Assembly (NCBI GenBank): GCA_027623195.1
Contig: JAQBUT010000015.1
Span: 1 to 64,000 of the forward strand
Direction of reading: 5' to 3'
Source of the DNA: Chloroflexota bacterium
Lineage (GTDB): Bacteria; Chloroflexota; Dehalococcoidia; Lucifugimonadales; JADFKI01
Length of the DNA: 64,000 nucleotides
In this document: in pieces, positions 42,619 to 52,015 of the stretch
How positions within the stretch are numbered: position 1 is the first letter of the stretch
Layout: the number at the start of each line of letters is the position of its first letter
The notes under the pieces: model-generated
Databases searched by the model: none
What the model was told of the DNA's origin: nothing
What the model saw: only the letters and a program-made list of their open reading frames with translations
Made by a program: the position numbers and the translations under genes

Positions 42619-43545
42619 ATGACACAAATAATTCCCGAAGACTACGTCTGCAAAGTCCAGAAACCAGCGGACTTCGACCAGTTCTGGGACGATGTCCTGG
42701 GACAGGCCGTGCTGATCCCTTTGAACGCGGAGACAGTTGCCGATCCGCTAAGGACCTCAGATGATATCGAAACGTTCCAGGTGTTTTACGACAGCCTGGA
42801 CGGCGTTCGGATTGCGGCCTGGTACTGCGTCCCCAGAAAACGGACGGGCAGGCTTCCAGCGGTGCTGTTCCTACCCGGATACCAGAGCGATCCTCCCATA
42901 CCAAAGGACTGGGCCAGACGAGGTTATGCCGCAATCACGGCCGCGCCACGGGGAAAGCTGAGAAGCAACGGTCAGTTCAATCCAGGCTACCCTAATCTGC
43001 TGACCCACAACATTATCGACCGCAATACCTACTCGTATCGAGGCTTTTACGTCGACGCCTGGCGAGCAGTGGACTACCTGCTGAGCCGCGACGAGGTAGA
43101 CGACAGTAGAATCGGTGTGGCGGGCAGCAGTCAGGGCGGAGGCCTAACCATTACGACTGCGGCCATGAGACAGGAAATTGCTGTTGCCTCGGCCGGTGCG
43201 CCCTACCTGTGCGGCTTCACGGACGCCATCGACCTGGAGGTCAGCTATCCATACGAGGAGATCAACGACTACCTGCGGCTGCATCCAGGGCACAGGGCGG
43301 AGGTGGAACGTACGCTGGCCTACTTCGACGGCATAAGCTTCGCCGATCGAATAAGTTGCCCAACCATCGTGAACATCGGCTTGCAAGATAACGTGGTGCC
43401 CCCTGAGACGGGATACGCGCTGTTCAATGCCATAGGAAGCTCCGACAAGAGGCTGTATGCCTACGATGGTCACGGTCACGAGGCAGGTCGCTACAAGCAC
43501 AATGCCGTAATAGCCGATTTCTTCGCCAAACACCTCAAGCCATAA
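42619..43545 (+). CDS. acetylxylan esterase / cephalosporin-C deacetylase (CE7-like)
   Basis: PADFDQFW, GSSQGGG, LQDNVVPP, GHGHE (Ser-Asp-His triad). Confidence 0.88.
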   Translation: MTQIIPEDYVCKVQKPADFDQFWDDVLGQAVLIPLNAETVADPLRTSDDIETFQVFYDSLDGVRIAAWYCVPRKRTGRLPAVLFLPGYQSDPPIPKDWARRGYAAITAAPRGKLRSNGQFNPGYPNLLTHNIIDRNTYSYRGFYVDAWRAVDYLLSRDEVDDSRIGVAGSSQGGGLTITTAAMRQEIAVASAGAPYLCGFTDAIDLEVSYPYEEINDYLRLHPGHRAEVERTLAYFDGISFADRISCPTIVNIGLQDNVVPPETGYALFNAIGSSDKRLYAYDGHGHEAGRYKHNAVIADFFAKHLKP

Positions 43546-43574
43546 TTTTAGTCCACGAATAAGAGGATTTTCCG

Positions 43575-44480
43575 ATGTGGGAAGGCCAACCCTCCGATTT
43601 AGATACCTACTGGCGGGACACCCTGGATGACCTGGCGCGATTCCCCGCTGCGCCCGAGGTCGACCTGCTGCCCATTCGCAGCACCGATTTTGCCACGGCG
43701 TATGCCGTGAGACTAACCAGCGTGGGGCCGTACAGGCTGTTCGGTTACCTGAGTATACCCAAAGGGGATGGGCCTTTCCCTGCCATCTACTACCCGCCCA
43801 AGTATCAGAGCGTGCTGGAACTTATACCGCAGGGTTCTTCCAACGAGCTGCGTACCCGGTTCATCACCTTCTCTCTGGCGGGAAGGGGACAGCGCAATTC
43901 GGACCAGCCGTTCTCGGCTATGTTCCCGGGATTGCTGACGGAGAGGATTCACGACGCCCAGAGCTACGTATTCCGTGGGGTTGTGGCCGATGCGATTCGC
44001 GGTCAGGAGTACCTGCTGACTCGCCCTGAGCTGGACCGCAGCCGCGTCGTGTCCATGGGCAACGATGTCGGCCTAATTGCAGCCGCCCTTCACCAGGGAG
44101 TCAGCCATGTAGTCTGCACCCCTGCGCTTTTCTTCGACAGCATCAACCTGGCATCCAGGACAGGCGCCTATCCCCTGGAGGAGATCAACGATTACGTGAA
44201 CGCCTTTCCAAGCAGGCGTGACGCGGTCGCTCAATCTCTGGCCTACCTGGACATCAGAGGCTTCGCGCCCAAGGTCCACTCCTCGACATTGCTGATGGCT
44301 GATGCCTCTGGCGGTCTCATGGATAGCGTAGCCCTCCGGCCAGTTGCTGACGCAATTCAGGGCAAGGCAATGCTCCACGACTCCGATAGCTCTTCCTACA
44401 AAGATGGCATGTTCATCGAGAAATGGATAGCGGCAGAGTTTGGGTACGAAGAAGCGCTGGTGCCCAGGCATTGGCAGTAG
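43575..44480 (+). CDS. acetylxylan esterase-like paralogue lacking the catalytic motifs
   Basis: PSDLDTYW, GRGQRNS, YPLEEINDY shared with the upstream gene; GxSxG replaced by SMGNDVG. Confidence 0.75.
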   Translation: MWEGQPSDLDTYWRDTLDDLARFPAAPEVDLLPIRSTDFATAYAVRLTSVGPYRLFGYLSIPKGDGPFPAIYYPPKYQSVLELIPQGSSNELRTRFITFSLAGRGQRNSDQPFSAMFPGLLTERIHDAQSYVFRGVVADAIRGQEYLLTRPELDRSRVVSMGNDVGLIAAALHQGVSHVVCTPALFFDSINLASRTGAYPLEEINDYVNAFPSRRDAVAQSLAYLDIRGFAPKVHSSTLLMADASGGLMDSVALRPVADAIQGKAMLHDSDSSSYKDGMFIEKWIAAEFGYEEALVPRHWQ

Positions 44481-44554
44481 CGCCTTCTGGATGACAGGAT
44501 TAGGCCAATAAATATAGCTAGGGTTTAGCGACCTATTCCGTGCGGCGGATAATT

Positions 44555-44591
44555 AAAAAGCCTCTCCCAATTGCGGGAGAGGCTTTTTTTT
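44555..44591. terminator. bidirectional intrinsic terminator
   Basis: AAAAAGCCTCTCCC-aattgc-GGGAGAGGCTTTTTTTT between convergent genes. Confidence 0.85.
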
Positions 44592-44672
44592 CATGGCTGT
44601 TTTGTAGTGCCGATCTTCAGGTTAGGGCTAAAGGGATTAGCCTGAGCCGAATATCAAAGAATCCAAGAGAAT

Positions 44673-45080
44673 TTAGACAGCGAGTTCCAGGCCATTGTTG
44701 TCGGGGTCACTGGCCTCGGATGGTAGAAGCTCTACGATATCCATACCCTCGGCTGTAAGAGAAGCCTTGGCGCTCAGTATGGCCGCATGACTACCGTAGC
44801 ACTGGTACTGGTTTATCCTCAGGCAACCTATCACCTGCTTGTGGTGTAGGGAAACCAGGGTGTGCTCAAGAATAGAGATGGGCTGCACATTGGAATCTAT
44901 TAGAGACAGCGGCGGCTCCGGGGTATGCGGTGCCTGCATCCACGCGCGCAACTCCTGAAGGTCAGCCTTCTTGTCCTTGCGGAACAGGTATTCGGGATGC
45001 TTTTCCATTATGTCCAGAACTTGTCGTTCCATAGGAGGAAGTCTGGGGTCGTCGGCCATTATCTGTTTGATGAGCGGCAT
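44673..45080 (-). CDS. hypothetical protein
   Basis: 135 aa ORF with GAGGT RBS; no motif recognised. Confidence 0.55.
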   Translation of the reverse strand: MPLIKQIMADDPRLPPMERQVLDIMEKHPEYLFRKDKKADLQELRAWMQAPHTPEPPLSLIDSNVQPISILEHTLVSLHHKQVIGCLRINQYQCYGSHAAILSAKASLTAEGMDIVELLPSEASDPDNNGLELAV

Positions 45081-45272
45081 AAACCTTACCTCGCGTTGAT
45101 TACAACTTTCATTGATGAGACTTCACGTTAGCCCATGCATGAAGACTGTTTCTTGCTTGGTGAGGTTCAATACTTTGTACATTTCTTATATTTTGTTCAA
45201 ACGATGTAAGTGGGCAGGACCGTTTACCATCGATTACAATTCTCGCGTCGAATCATCAACAACCGGTGAAAA

Positions 45273-45611
45273 GTGTCTGACAGGCTTTACAGTGGCAAAC
45301 GATTTCAGGAAGACGACAGGCGCGGTGTAATCGTGGAGGTGTCGGACGGCGAAAACAGACGCCCGCTTCCCTCCAGACTTGACCTGAAGGAGCATTCCAC
45401 GACGCTGGAGTGGGGCTACGGCATGGGCGGGCCTGCTCAGCTAGCCCTGGCTATTCTGGCGGACGTTACCGGCGACGATGTGTATGCCAAGCGTCATCAT
45501 CAGTGGTTCAAGTTAGAGGTCGTCGCCAGGTTCGGTTGGGACGAGTGGGGCCTGCGCGAAGGGCAGGTGTGGGACTGGATAAACGAGCACCACCCATTAG
45601 GCTCCGGGTAG
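45273..45611 (+). CDS. DUF6166-like protein
   Basis: RLDLKEHS...EWGYGMGGPAQLALAILAD motif. Confidence 0.65.
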   Translation: MSDRLYSGKRFQEDDRRGVIVEVSDGENRRPLPSRLDLKEHSTTLEWGYGMGGPAQLALAILADVTGDDVYAKRHHQWFKLEVVARFGWDEWGLREGQVWDWINEHHPLGSG

Positions 45612-45643
45612 CCGTGGATGTTCCGGATCGCCCGTAGGCCATC

Positions 45644-46483
45644 TCATATTACAAACACCTGTTCCGCGCGGCTAATTTGATTCGCTCTAACTTTCTTGCG
45701 AAGAGGTAGGAATAAGGCCAATCCAATCAAACCGGTAGCTCCAAAAACTACTATGCCGTCGACCGGTATGCCGTACAGCCGCACGGTCTGAGTTAAAGCC
45801 AATAGTCCAAAGTAGCTGAAGACCAGGATCTCGAACCAGGTGCCCGCTGTAAAGAAAATACCAAGTCGCCTGCGGTCTCTAACGCTTTTCTCAATCGTAT
45901 TTTGCTGGCTAATACCTAAGCCATTGCCCGAGACAGAGTATTTTTTCTGCAATAACCTGGCGAAATATGCTGCACACATGACAAGTAGGAAAACGACAAA
46001 ACCAACAATTGGGAATGACAGCCATACTTCGACCTCTGACCAGCCGGCCGTTGCTGAGGTCTTTCCGGGGCCGGTAAGGAGCGCGTCAAGGCTGACTGCC
46101 CACACGGCGGCCCAGAAGTGCTTTCGGCTGGACCATATGCTGACTTCGGTACCGCCTTCATCCTTACCTGAAAGCCCCGCCGCATCTTTCACGACTTCCG
46201 AGACGAACCATGTCATGACGACCGCACCAGTCATGTAGACAATCGTAGAAAGTGGAGTGTTTATCGCTGCGTACCAGCCGCCGATGAAACCAACCAGTGG
46301 AAACAACCAGTGGGTGAAACCGATAGCAGACCCCCACTTTAATGCACTTCGCCCATCCGAGAAGCTGCCGAACCGACTTAGGGTGGCGATCATCGCGTCT
46401 GCGGCGATGCCCGCTGCGACGCCGAGGTTCAGTAATATGTAGTGCTGAAAGTTGGCGTCCGCAAAGTGTAAGAATTCGTCCAC
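45644..46483 (-). CDS. membrane protein, MntP/DUF204-like (possible metal efflux)
   Basis: Repeated acidic TM motifs GIAADAM and AVSLDAL; 7-8 hydrophobic segments. Confidence 0.55.
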   Translation of the reverse strand: MDEFLHFADANFQHYILLNLGVAAGIAADAMIATLSRFGSFSDGRSALKWGSAIGFTHWLFPLVGFIGGWYAAINTPLSTIVYMTGAVVMTWFVSEVVKDAAGLSGKDEGGTEVSIWSSRKHFWAAVWAVSLDALLTGPGKTSATAGWSEVEVWLSFPIVGFVVFLLVMCAAYFARLLQKKYSVSGNGLGISQQNTIEKSVRDRRRLGIFFTAGTWFEILVFSYFGLLALTQTVRLYGIPVDGIVVFGATGLIGLALFLPLRKKVRANQISRAEQVFVI

Positions 46484-46685
46484 TTTCCACCCAATCAGCT
46501 AAAAATCACCGAATTGATTTTAAATCGCGCATTCTCAATACGTGATTTCAACAATGCTATCGAATTGCAATGATGGCGACAATAACGGGTCGTGACATTG
46601 CCCAATTCGTACACTTGTGCAACATAGTTAAGTTACGCTTAAGGCGATTACTACCGGCCAAGCCCCAAGCCTTCAGCAGGATACC

Positions 46686-47693
46686 CTAAACTTTGGCTAA
46701 TTTGGTGAAGCGTCCCCCTATTAACCACTCTGCTACGTATATGCTGCCGTCGGCGTCCACCGCGATGCCGTGAGGGCTGTTGAATTTACCAGCCTCTAGC
46801 AACGCCGTGGGAATGACGGCGCCATCTTCGCTCTTGTTGTTAGGCCAGCCGTCCACGCTGCTCACCTGTTCGTTGTCGCCCAGGTACGTAACCAGCTCAT
46901 CGTCTATGTCTGTGATGGCCAGCTTGGCGCGAAGCTCGGCGATGACCATGAGGTCACCGTACGTCGCGAAGCCGCTGGGCGTCGTCAGGAAGTCAGCGCC
47001 GAACACCCGCTTGGAGTTGCCTGCCAGGTCGTAGACCTGCACTCGCGCGTTGGCGCGGTCTGATACGTACAGCTCGGCGTAGGGCTTGCGCCGATCGATG
47101 AATATACCGTGAGGGCAGCTAAAGTGTCCCGCGCCCTCTTCGCCGTTGATGCTGGACAGGTACTTGCCGTCCTTGTCGAACCTGTGCACGTAGCTCGCGC
47201 CGTAACCGTCGGCCACCCACACGTCGCCGTTGCCACCCATGCGCTCCTCGTTCACAGCGATAGACGTCGGCGCGTAGCGGCTGTCCCGGTACACATCGAC
47301 CGGAGGTTGGTCCAGCACCATAACGGTCTGGCCGTCCAGCGTCGTCTTGAACACCTGGCCCGATGCAGACTCCGCGCCCGGTGGGTAGTCGTAGCCGTGT
47401 TCGGGGCCTCGCTTGGAGCCGTTGTCGGCGATCCACAGATACTCCGTGCCGCCTTCGTTTACCAGCGTAATGCCGTGAGCGTCCACGAACTCCCCGGTCC
47501 AGGAGCTTTTCAGGTTGCCTTCCTTATCGAAGGTCATCACCGTGGGGTCGCCTGCGTGGCACGTGATGACATCGCCCGACTCTGTGACGACGATGCCCGG
47601 ATGCGCCCAGCCCTTGCTGGCGCTCTCCGACTCGGGAACCTTGGCCCAATCGCCAACCCAGTTGTAAGTGTTATCGCCAGTGCCCAGTTGCAT
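46686..47693 (-). CDS. NHL-repeat beta-propeller protein (PAL-like)
   Basis: HGI repeats, VADGYG, CPHGIFID, SDRANARVQ, FNSPHGIAVD, AEWLIGGR. Confidence 0.85.
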   Translation of the reverse strand: MQLGTGDNTYNWVGDWAKVPESESASKGWAHPGIVVTESGDVITCHAGDPTVMTFDKEGNLKSSWTGEFVDAHGITLVNEGGTEYLWIADNGSKRGPEHGYDYPPGAESASGQVFKTTLDGQTVMVLDQPPVDVYRDSRYAPTSIAVNEERMGGNGDVWVADGYGASYVHRFDKDGKYLSSINGEEGAGHFSCPHGIFIDRRKPYAELYVSDRANARVQVYDLAGNSKRVFGADFLTTPSGFATYGDLMVIAELRAKLAITDIDDELVTYLGDNEQVSSVDGWPNNKSEDGAVIPTALLEAGKFNSPHGIAVDADGSIYVAEWLIGGRFTKLAKV

Positions 47694-47733
47694 TTTCTAA
47701 CTTCCTTCTCAGATGTTTGAGTTCGATTCGGGT

Positions 47734-48078
47734 CTATGAATGCCAGTCCACAATAGTCTCGTTAGGCGGAGGAGGGTCTTGGGACGGGTCCATGCCGTGC
47801 ATCCCTACAAATACGGTCTCGCTGAGCCACTTGTCGAAGGGATGCTCTGAATTCATGATCTTCGCATTAACGGCGTTGGGATCATCCGACTCGAGATAAA
47901 TGACCAGAAAATCTCCCGTGGGAGTGCGTTGCAGACTTGCGAATTCTCGAGTGATACCCGCACGGTGCAATAGGCCTACGAATTCGCTTTTGCGATTAGC
48001 GTATACGTCCGTGATGGTCTGCTTCCATTCTTCTGTCTTGCCCGGAAGTATCGGCACAAAGAAAGTTGTCGCTGGCAT
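47734..48078 (-). CDS. hypothetical protein (possible dimeric alpha/beta barrel)
   Basis: PILPGKTEEW...GITRE...LQRTP; AGGGAG RBS. Confidence 0.65.
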   Translation of the reverse strand: MPATTFFVPILPGKTEEWKQTITDVYANRKSEFVGLLHRAGITREFASLQRTPTGDFLVIYLESDDPNAVNAKIMNSEHPFDKWLSETVFVGMHGMDPSQDPPPPNETIVDWHS

Positions 48079-48156
48079 TGTCGTCTCCCTTAATGGCTAA
48101 TCTGTTGATCTAGAACCACGAGTCTGAATTCGGGGCTTCCAGAACAGGCCGTTCAC

Positions 48157-48192
48157 CCCTAACCCCTCTCCGCACGCAGAGAGGGGTTAGGG
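48157..48192. repeat. REP-like palindrome
   Basis: CCCTAACCCCTCTC-cgcacgca-GAGAGGGGTTAGGG immediately after the dehydrogenase stop. Confidence 0.6.
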
Positions 48193-48196
48193 CAGT

Positions 48197-49348
48197 TTAC
48201 GGATTCAGAATAACCTTGGTGTAGCCGTCTATGCGCTTGTCGAACTTGTCGTAGGCGTCCACGGCGTCGCTCAGCGGCACCTCGTGGGAGACCACGAAGC
48301 TGGGCTTGGCCTTGCCCGCCGTGATAAGGTCGCGCAGTTGAGAGTTGTACTGCTTCACGTTGCACTGACCGGTGCCCAACCGCAGGCCCTTCTCGAACAG
48401 CTTGCCGAAGTTGAGGGACAGGGAGCCTCGCTTCGCCCCCTCGTCAACTCCACCCGGGTCCGACGGCACGTACAGGCCTGGGATGCCCATTATGCCTGTG
48501 GGGTTGATGATGTCGATCATCTGGTTCAGGACAATGTTGGGGACCTCTTCCTGCTCGCCGCCGGCAGCCGATGAGCCTCGCGCCGCAGCCTGGTAACCTA
48601 CTGCGTCGATAGTCTTGTCCACGCCGTCGCCGCCGCGCATGTCGCGGATCATCTGCACCGGGTCTCCGTCGTCGAAGTTGATGGGAATGCCGCCAATCTC
48701 ACCGGCCTTGTCCAGGCGTTCTTTCACGTGATCGATGACGTACACCTCCGCCGCGCCTCGAATCACACAGCTATATGCCGCCATCAGGCCAACGGGACCC
48801 GCGCCGAACACCGCCACGCTCTCGCCGGGGCTCACATCCGCTAGCTCTGCGCCGTGGTAGCCGGTTGGGAAGATGTCGGCCAGCAGTGCGTAATCGGCCT
48901 CGTTTTGCATCCCAGGAGGAAGGAGTAGGCAGTTGAAGTCGGCAAAAGGCACCTGCAGGTACTCGGCCTGACCTCCGCGCCAAGGACCCATGGCCACGTA
49001 GCCGTACGCCCCGCCCGCGAATCCGGGGTTCACCGTCACGCAGAAGCCGGTGAAGCCGCGTTGGCAGTTCTTGCAAAAGCCACAGCCCACGTTGAATGGC
49101 ATTACCACCCTGTCGCCGACCTTGCGCTCCTTGACCGCAGAGCCAACCTCCTCGATTATGCCCATGTTCTCGTGGCCGAATATGATGCCTGGCTCTGCGG
49201 CAGTTCGGCCCTCGTACATGTGAAGGTCGGACCCGCAAATGCAGGTCGAGGTAACCTTCACGATGACGTCATTGGGGTGCAGTATCTGTGGGTCTGGAAC
49301 CTCCACCACCGCCACGCTAAATGGTCCTTTGTAGACAACGGCCTTCAT
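48197..49348 (-). CDS. fdhA: glutathione-independent formaldehyde dehydrogenase (Zn-dependent MDR)
   Basis: CICGSDLHMY, GHE, CGFCKNC...C, GGQAEY...PFADFN, DIFPTGYH, GAGPVG, DAVGYQA. Confidence 0.85.
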   Translation of the reverse strand: MKAVVYKGPFSVAVVEVPDPQILHPNDVIVKVTSTCICGSDLHMYEGRTAAEPGIIFGHENMGIIEEVGSAVKERKVGDRVVMPFNVGCGFCKNCQRGFTGFCVTVNPGFAGGAYGYVAMGPWRGGQAEYLQVPFADFNCLLLPPGMQNEADYALLADIFPTGYHGAELADVSPGESVAVFGAGPVGLMAAYSCVIRGAAEVYVIDHVKERLDKAGEIGGIPINFDDGDPVQMIRDMRGGDGVDKTIDAVGYQAAARGSSAAGGEQEEVPNIVLNQMIDIINPTGIMGIPGLYVPSDPGGVDEGAKRGSLSLNFGKLFEKGLRLGTGQCNVKQYNSQLRDLITAGKAKPSFVVSHEVPLSDAVDAYDKFDKRIDGYTKVILNP

Positions 49349-49491
49349 GGGACGCCTCCTTCTAATATTTAATAGGTTGTCAATTGATAAGAATATTCCC
49401 AGGGGGAATGGCTATGAACGGCCCAACGCAGGGCGATTTTGGGCTGAATTGTATCAGGGTGGAATAAGCCTGTCGAACCGTTTTTGGACTG

Positions 49492-49520
49492 TTGACAGCC
49501 TATGGGTTGGCAAATATGCT
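49492..49520 (+). promoter_or_regulatory. sigma70-type promoter for the SDR gene
   Basis: TTGACA-17 nt-TATGCT. Confidence 0.6.
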
Positions 49521-49537
49521 GAGGCATCTTTGTAGAC

Positions 49538-49614
49538 CAGCTTTCAGCCTCTAGCAGTCAGGGCTCTGCCTGATTGGCTGGCCGCTGATAGCTAAAAGCT
49601 AATAACTGAAGACT
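49538..49614. repeat. degenerate heptamer repeats arranged as an inverted structure
   Basis: CAGCTTT-CAGCCTC-TAGCAGT ... GCTGATA-GCTAAAA-GCTAATA-ACTGAAG-ACTG. Confidence 0.5.
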
Positions 49615-49623
49615 GGAGCATAC

Positions 49624-50388
49624 ATGCGACTTGAAAATAAGGTAGCCATCATCACTGGCGGGGCGTCCGGCATTGGCAGGGCCATTTGCGAGGTATTCGC
49701 CGAGGAGGGAGCGCGGCTGGCCGTGGCGGACATCGACGAGGCAGGCGGGCAGGAGACAGTGGCCAAAGTCCGCGCAGCAGGTGGACAGGCCATCTTCGTT
49801 CCCACGGATGTGTCTGACGAGGCGCAAGTGCAGGAGCTGGTGGGTCGGACGGTCGACGCCTATGGCACCGTGAACGTGCTTGTTAACGACGCCGCTGCCT
49901 TTGAATTCGGCAAAGTAGAGGACGTTACAGACGAGCAGTGGCAGAGGGTGTTTGCCGTCAATGTCATCGGACAGGCCTACTGCGTGAAGCACGTCCTGCC
50001 CTACATGCGCCTGGCCGGTGGTGGAGCCATCGTGAACATCGCCTCGGTGAGTGGCTTCATAGCCCAGCCGGCGTTCGTGCCGTACAACGCCTCCAAGGGC
50101 GCTGTGATGCAGTTGACCCGGTGCCTTGCCTTGGACCTAGCTCCCGACAAGATACGCGTCAACTGCGTCTGCCCCGGAGCAATACTAACGCCAGCCACGG
50201 AGCGCCATCGCCGGTTCGAAGGCCGCGACCGCGAGGAGTTTTTAGCTGAGGCAGCGGGTGGCAATTTCATGAAGCGTGTCGGCGACCCCAGGGAGATTGC
50301 CTACGGAGCGCTGTTCCTGGCATCGGATGAGGCGAGCTTCGTCACCGGCACCCCGCTGGTCATGGACGGCGGCGCAACGGCGCAGTAG
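49624..50388 (+). CDS. short-chain dehydrogenase/reductase
   Basis: TGGASGIG, YNASK, IRVNCVCPG, TG...MDGG. Confidence 0.92.
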   Translation: MRLENKVAIITGGASGIGRAICEVFAEEGARLAVADIDEAGGQETVAKVRAAGGQAIFVPTDVSDEAQVQELVGRTVDAYGTVNVLVNDAAAFEFGKVEDVTDEQWQRVFAVNVIGQAYCVKHVLPYMRLAGGGAIVNIASVSGFIAQPAFVPYNASKGAVMQLTRCLALDLAPDKIRVNCVCPGAILTPATERHRRFEGRDREEFLAEAAGGNFMKRVGDPREIAYGALFLASDEASFVTGTPLVMDGGATAQ

Positions 50389-50612
50389 TTATAAGGGGAA
50401 AATGGCCGCGAGCCAGCACTGTTTCTTACGTTCATGGTTTTGGCGAGGATTATCGGCGGTTGTGATTCTTGCGATATTGGCATAATCTTGTGCGAATATT
50501 GATGTAACGGAGATTGCCGTGCCTCTGGCCCCAATGCCTATCTACTACCAAAATCTATCGTGTCCACTTTGCGGGGGCTTTGAGTTTGAAGTGTTGCTTG
50601 AGGGACGGTAAG

Positions 50613-50651
50613 AAAAAACAGCCAGTACGGCATTGCCGCACTGGCTGTTTT
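50613..50651. terminator. intrinsic terminator (probably bidirectional)
   Basis: AAAAAACAGCCAGT-acggcattgccgc-ACTGGCTGTTTT. Confidence 0.8.
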
Positions 50652-50708
50652 GCTAGTTCCTAAGTTTTAGGTCACTCCACGCTGGGACGGCTACTTTGTG
50701 ATTCCCCG

Positions 50709-51956
50709 TTAAGCAGGAACCTCTGCTGTCTCGAACGGCTTGTTGGTGGCCGGGTCTACCTCAAAGGGGCTGTTGAGGCCTAACTCCTTGCCCATGTCAC
50801 GCATCGCAGGCAAAACGTACTTGCCCATTAGGCGCAGGCTACGCATCTGGTCGTCGTGCGTCATGGCGCCGTCGCCGTCCCAGATGATGACGCTGCCCGG
50901 ACGCAGGGTCTCCAGCACGTGGCGGATCTTGGGAATCACCGTGTCCGGCGTGCCGGCTATGATCGTGTACTTCTCCTGCTGCTCCTCGAAGGGTCGCGCG
51001 CTGATCATGCCTCCCCTGTTGGCTGTGGCCGCCGCCATCGTGGGCAGCACGCGTTTGCGGGAGGTCAGCCCAGGCAGACGCACCAGCGCCTGGTTCGTGG
51101 TGCCCTCGTTGCCGGCAAGGAAGGGGTTGCTTGGCCCCTGCACGAACTTCTTCGCCGTCTCCAGGGCCAACTCTTCGGTCTCGTCCACATGGACTTTCCA
51201 CAGGTAGCCAAGGTTCTGCGGGCCGGACTCGTAGCCCTCCTCCTTAGCCGTGTCGTGGTAAAGCTGGAAAGCCTCTTGGGTGGGCCCCATCTCGGTGGCC
51301 AGCATGATGTACGGTATGCGGTTCTTCGCGGCCCACATAAGCGAATCGCGGCTGACGACGCCCGGCAGCCAGATTGGAGGGTGTGGCTTCTGGTAAGGCC
51401 TGGCCCACGGGTTAACGTACCGGTACTGGTAGTGCTTGCCCTCCCAGCGGAACGGCCCCGGAGTAGTCCACGCCTTTACGATGAAGTCGTGGGCTTCCTG
51501 AAAGCGTTCCCAGTTGTAGGGCGGTGGCGCGTTATGGGCTACGCTCTCACGGCCAGTGCCTCGCACCCAACCGGAAACCAGCCGTCCCTTGGAGATCATG
51601 TCGATTATGGAGAGCTGTTCTACCAGCCAGAGGGGGTCGTCCCATATAGGCAGGATGTTTCCCAGGAGTACGATCTTGGCCTTCTTCGTCATGCGGGCCA
51701 GAATCCCGGCCTCGATATTCATCGCGCCGCCCATGCAGAAGGGCGTGCTGTGGTGCTCGTTGAGCATCAGGCCGTCGAAGCCCATTTCCTCGGCGTAGAG
51801 CTTCTCATCCAGGTACCGATTATAAAGATCCGACCCTAACTGGGGGTCATAAATTTCGTTGCTCAGGTCCAGGTCCTTGATGGACTTGCCTGTGGAGCCG
51901 AAGTAGCCCGAATTGGGATCCTGGTAAGGTCTCTCGGTGAAATGCGCTATAAACAT
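50709..51956 (-). CDS. luciferase-like (LLM) flavin-dependent oxidoreductase
   Basis: AEEMGFDGLMLNEHH, DMISKGRL, PYQKPHPPIW, GTPDTV. Confidence 0.92.
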   Translation of the reverse strand: MFIAHFTERPYQDPNSGYFGSTGKSIKDLDLSNEIYDPQLGSDLYNRYLDEKLYAEEMGFDGLMLNEHHSTPFCMGGAMNIEAGILARMTKKAKIVLLGNILPIWDDPLWLVEQLSIIDMISKGRLVSGWVRGTGRESVAHNAPPPYNWERFQEAHDFIVKAWTTPGPFRWEGKHYQYRYVNPWARPYQKPHPPIWLPGVVSRDSLMWAAKNRIPYIMLATEMGPTQEAFQLYHDTAKEEGYESGPQNLGYLWKVHVDETEELALETAKKFVQGPSNPFLAGNEGTTNQALVRLPGLTSRKRVLPTMAAATANRGGMISARPFEEQQEKYTIIAGTPDTVIPKIRHVLETLRPGSVIIWDGDGAMTHDDQMRSLRLMGKYVLPAMRDMGKELGLNSPFEVDPATNKPFETAEVPA

Positions 51957-52015
51957 CGGACTACTCCTTGCTTTTAGTTACCTTCTATCTGGTTTCAAGC
52001 GGTCATCCGTCTAGT

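Noticed and set aside
46484..46686. yybP-ykoY Mn riboswitch upstream of the MntP-like gene
   Set aside because: The conserved GGGGAGUAGC-type motif was not found on the minus strand.
50856..51839. 327-aa plus-strand ORF, and similar long antisense ORFs (56377-57255, 38612-39322, 25897-26532, 47109-47720, 63190-63708)
   Set aside because: Shadow ORFs opposite well-supported GC-rich genes, with no motifs.
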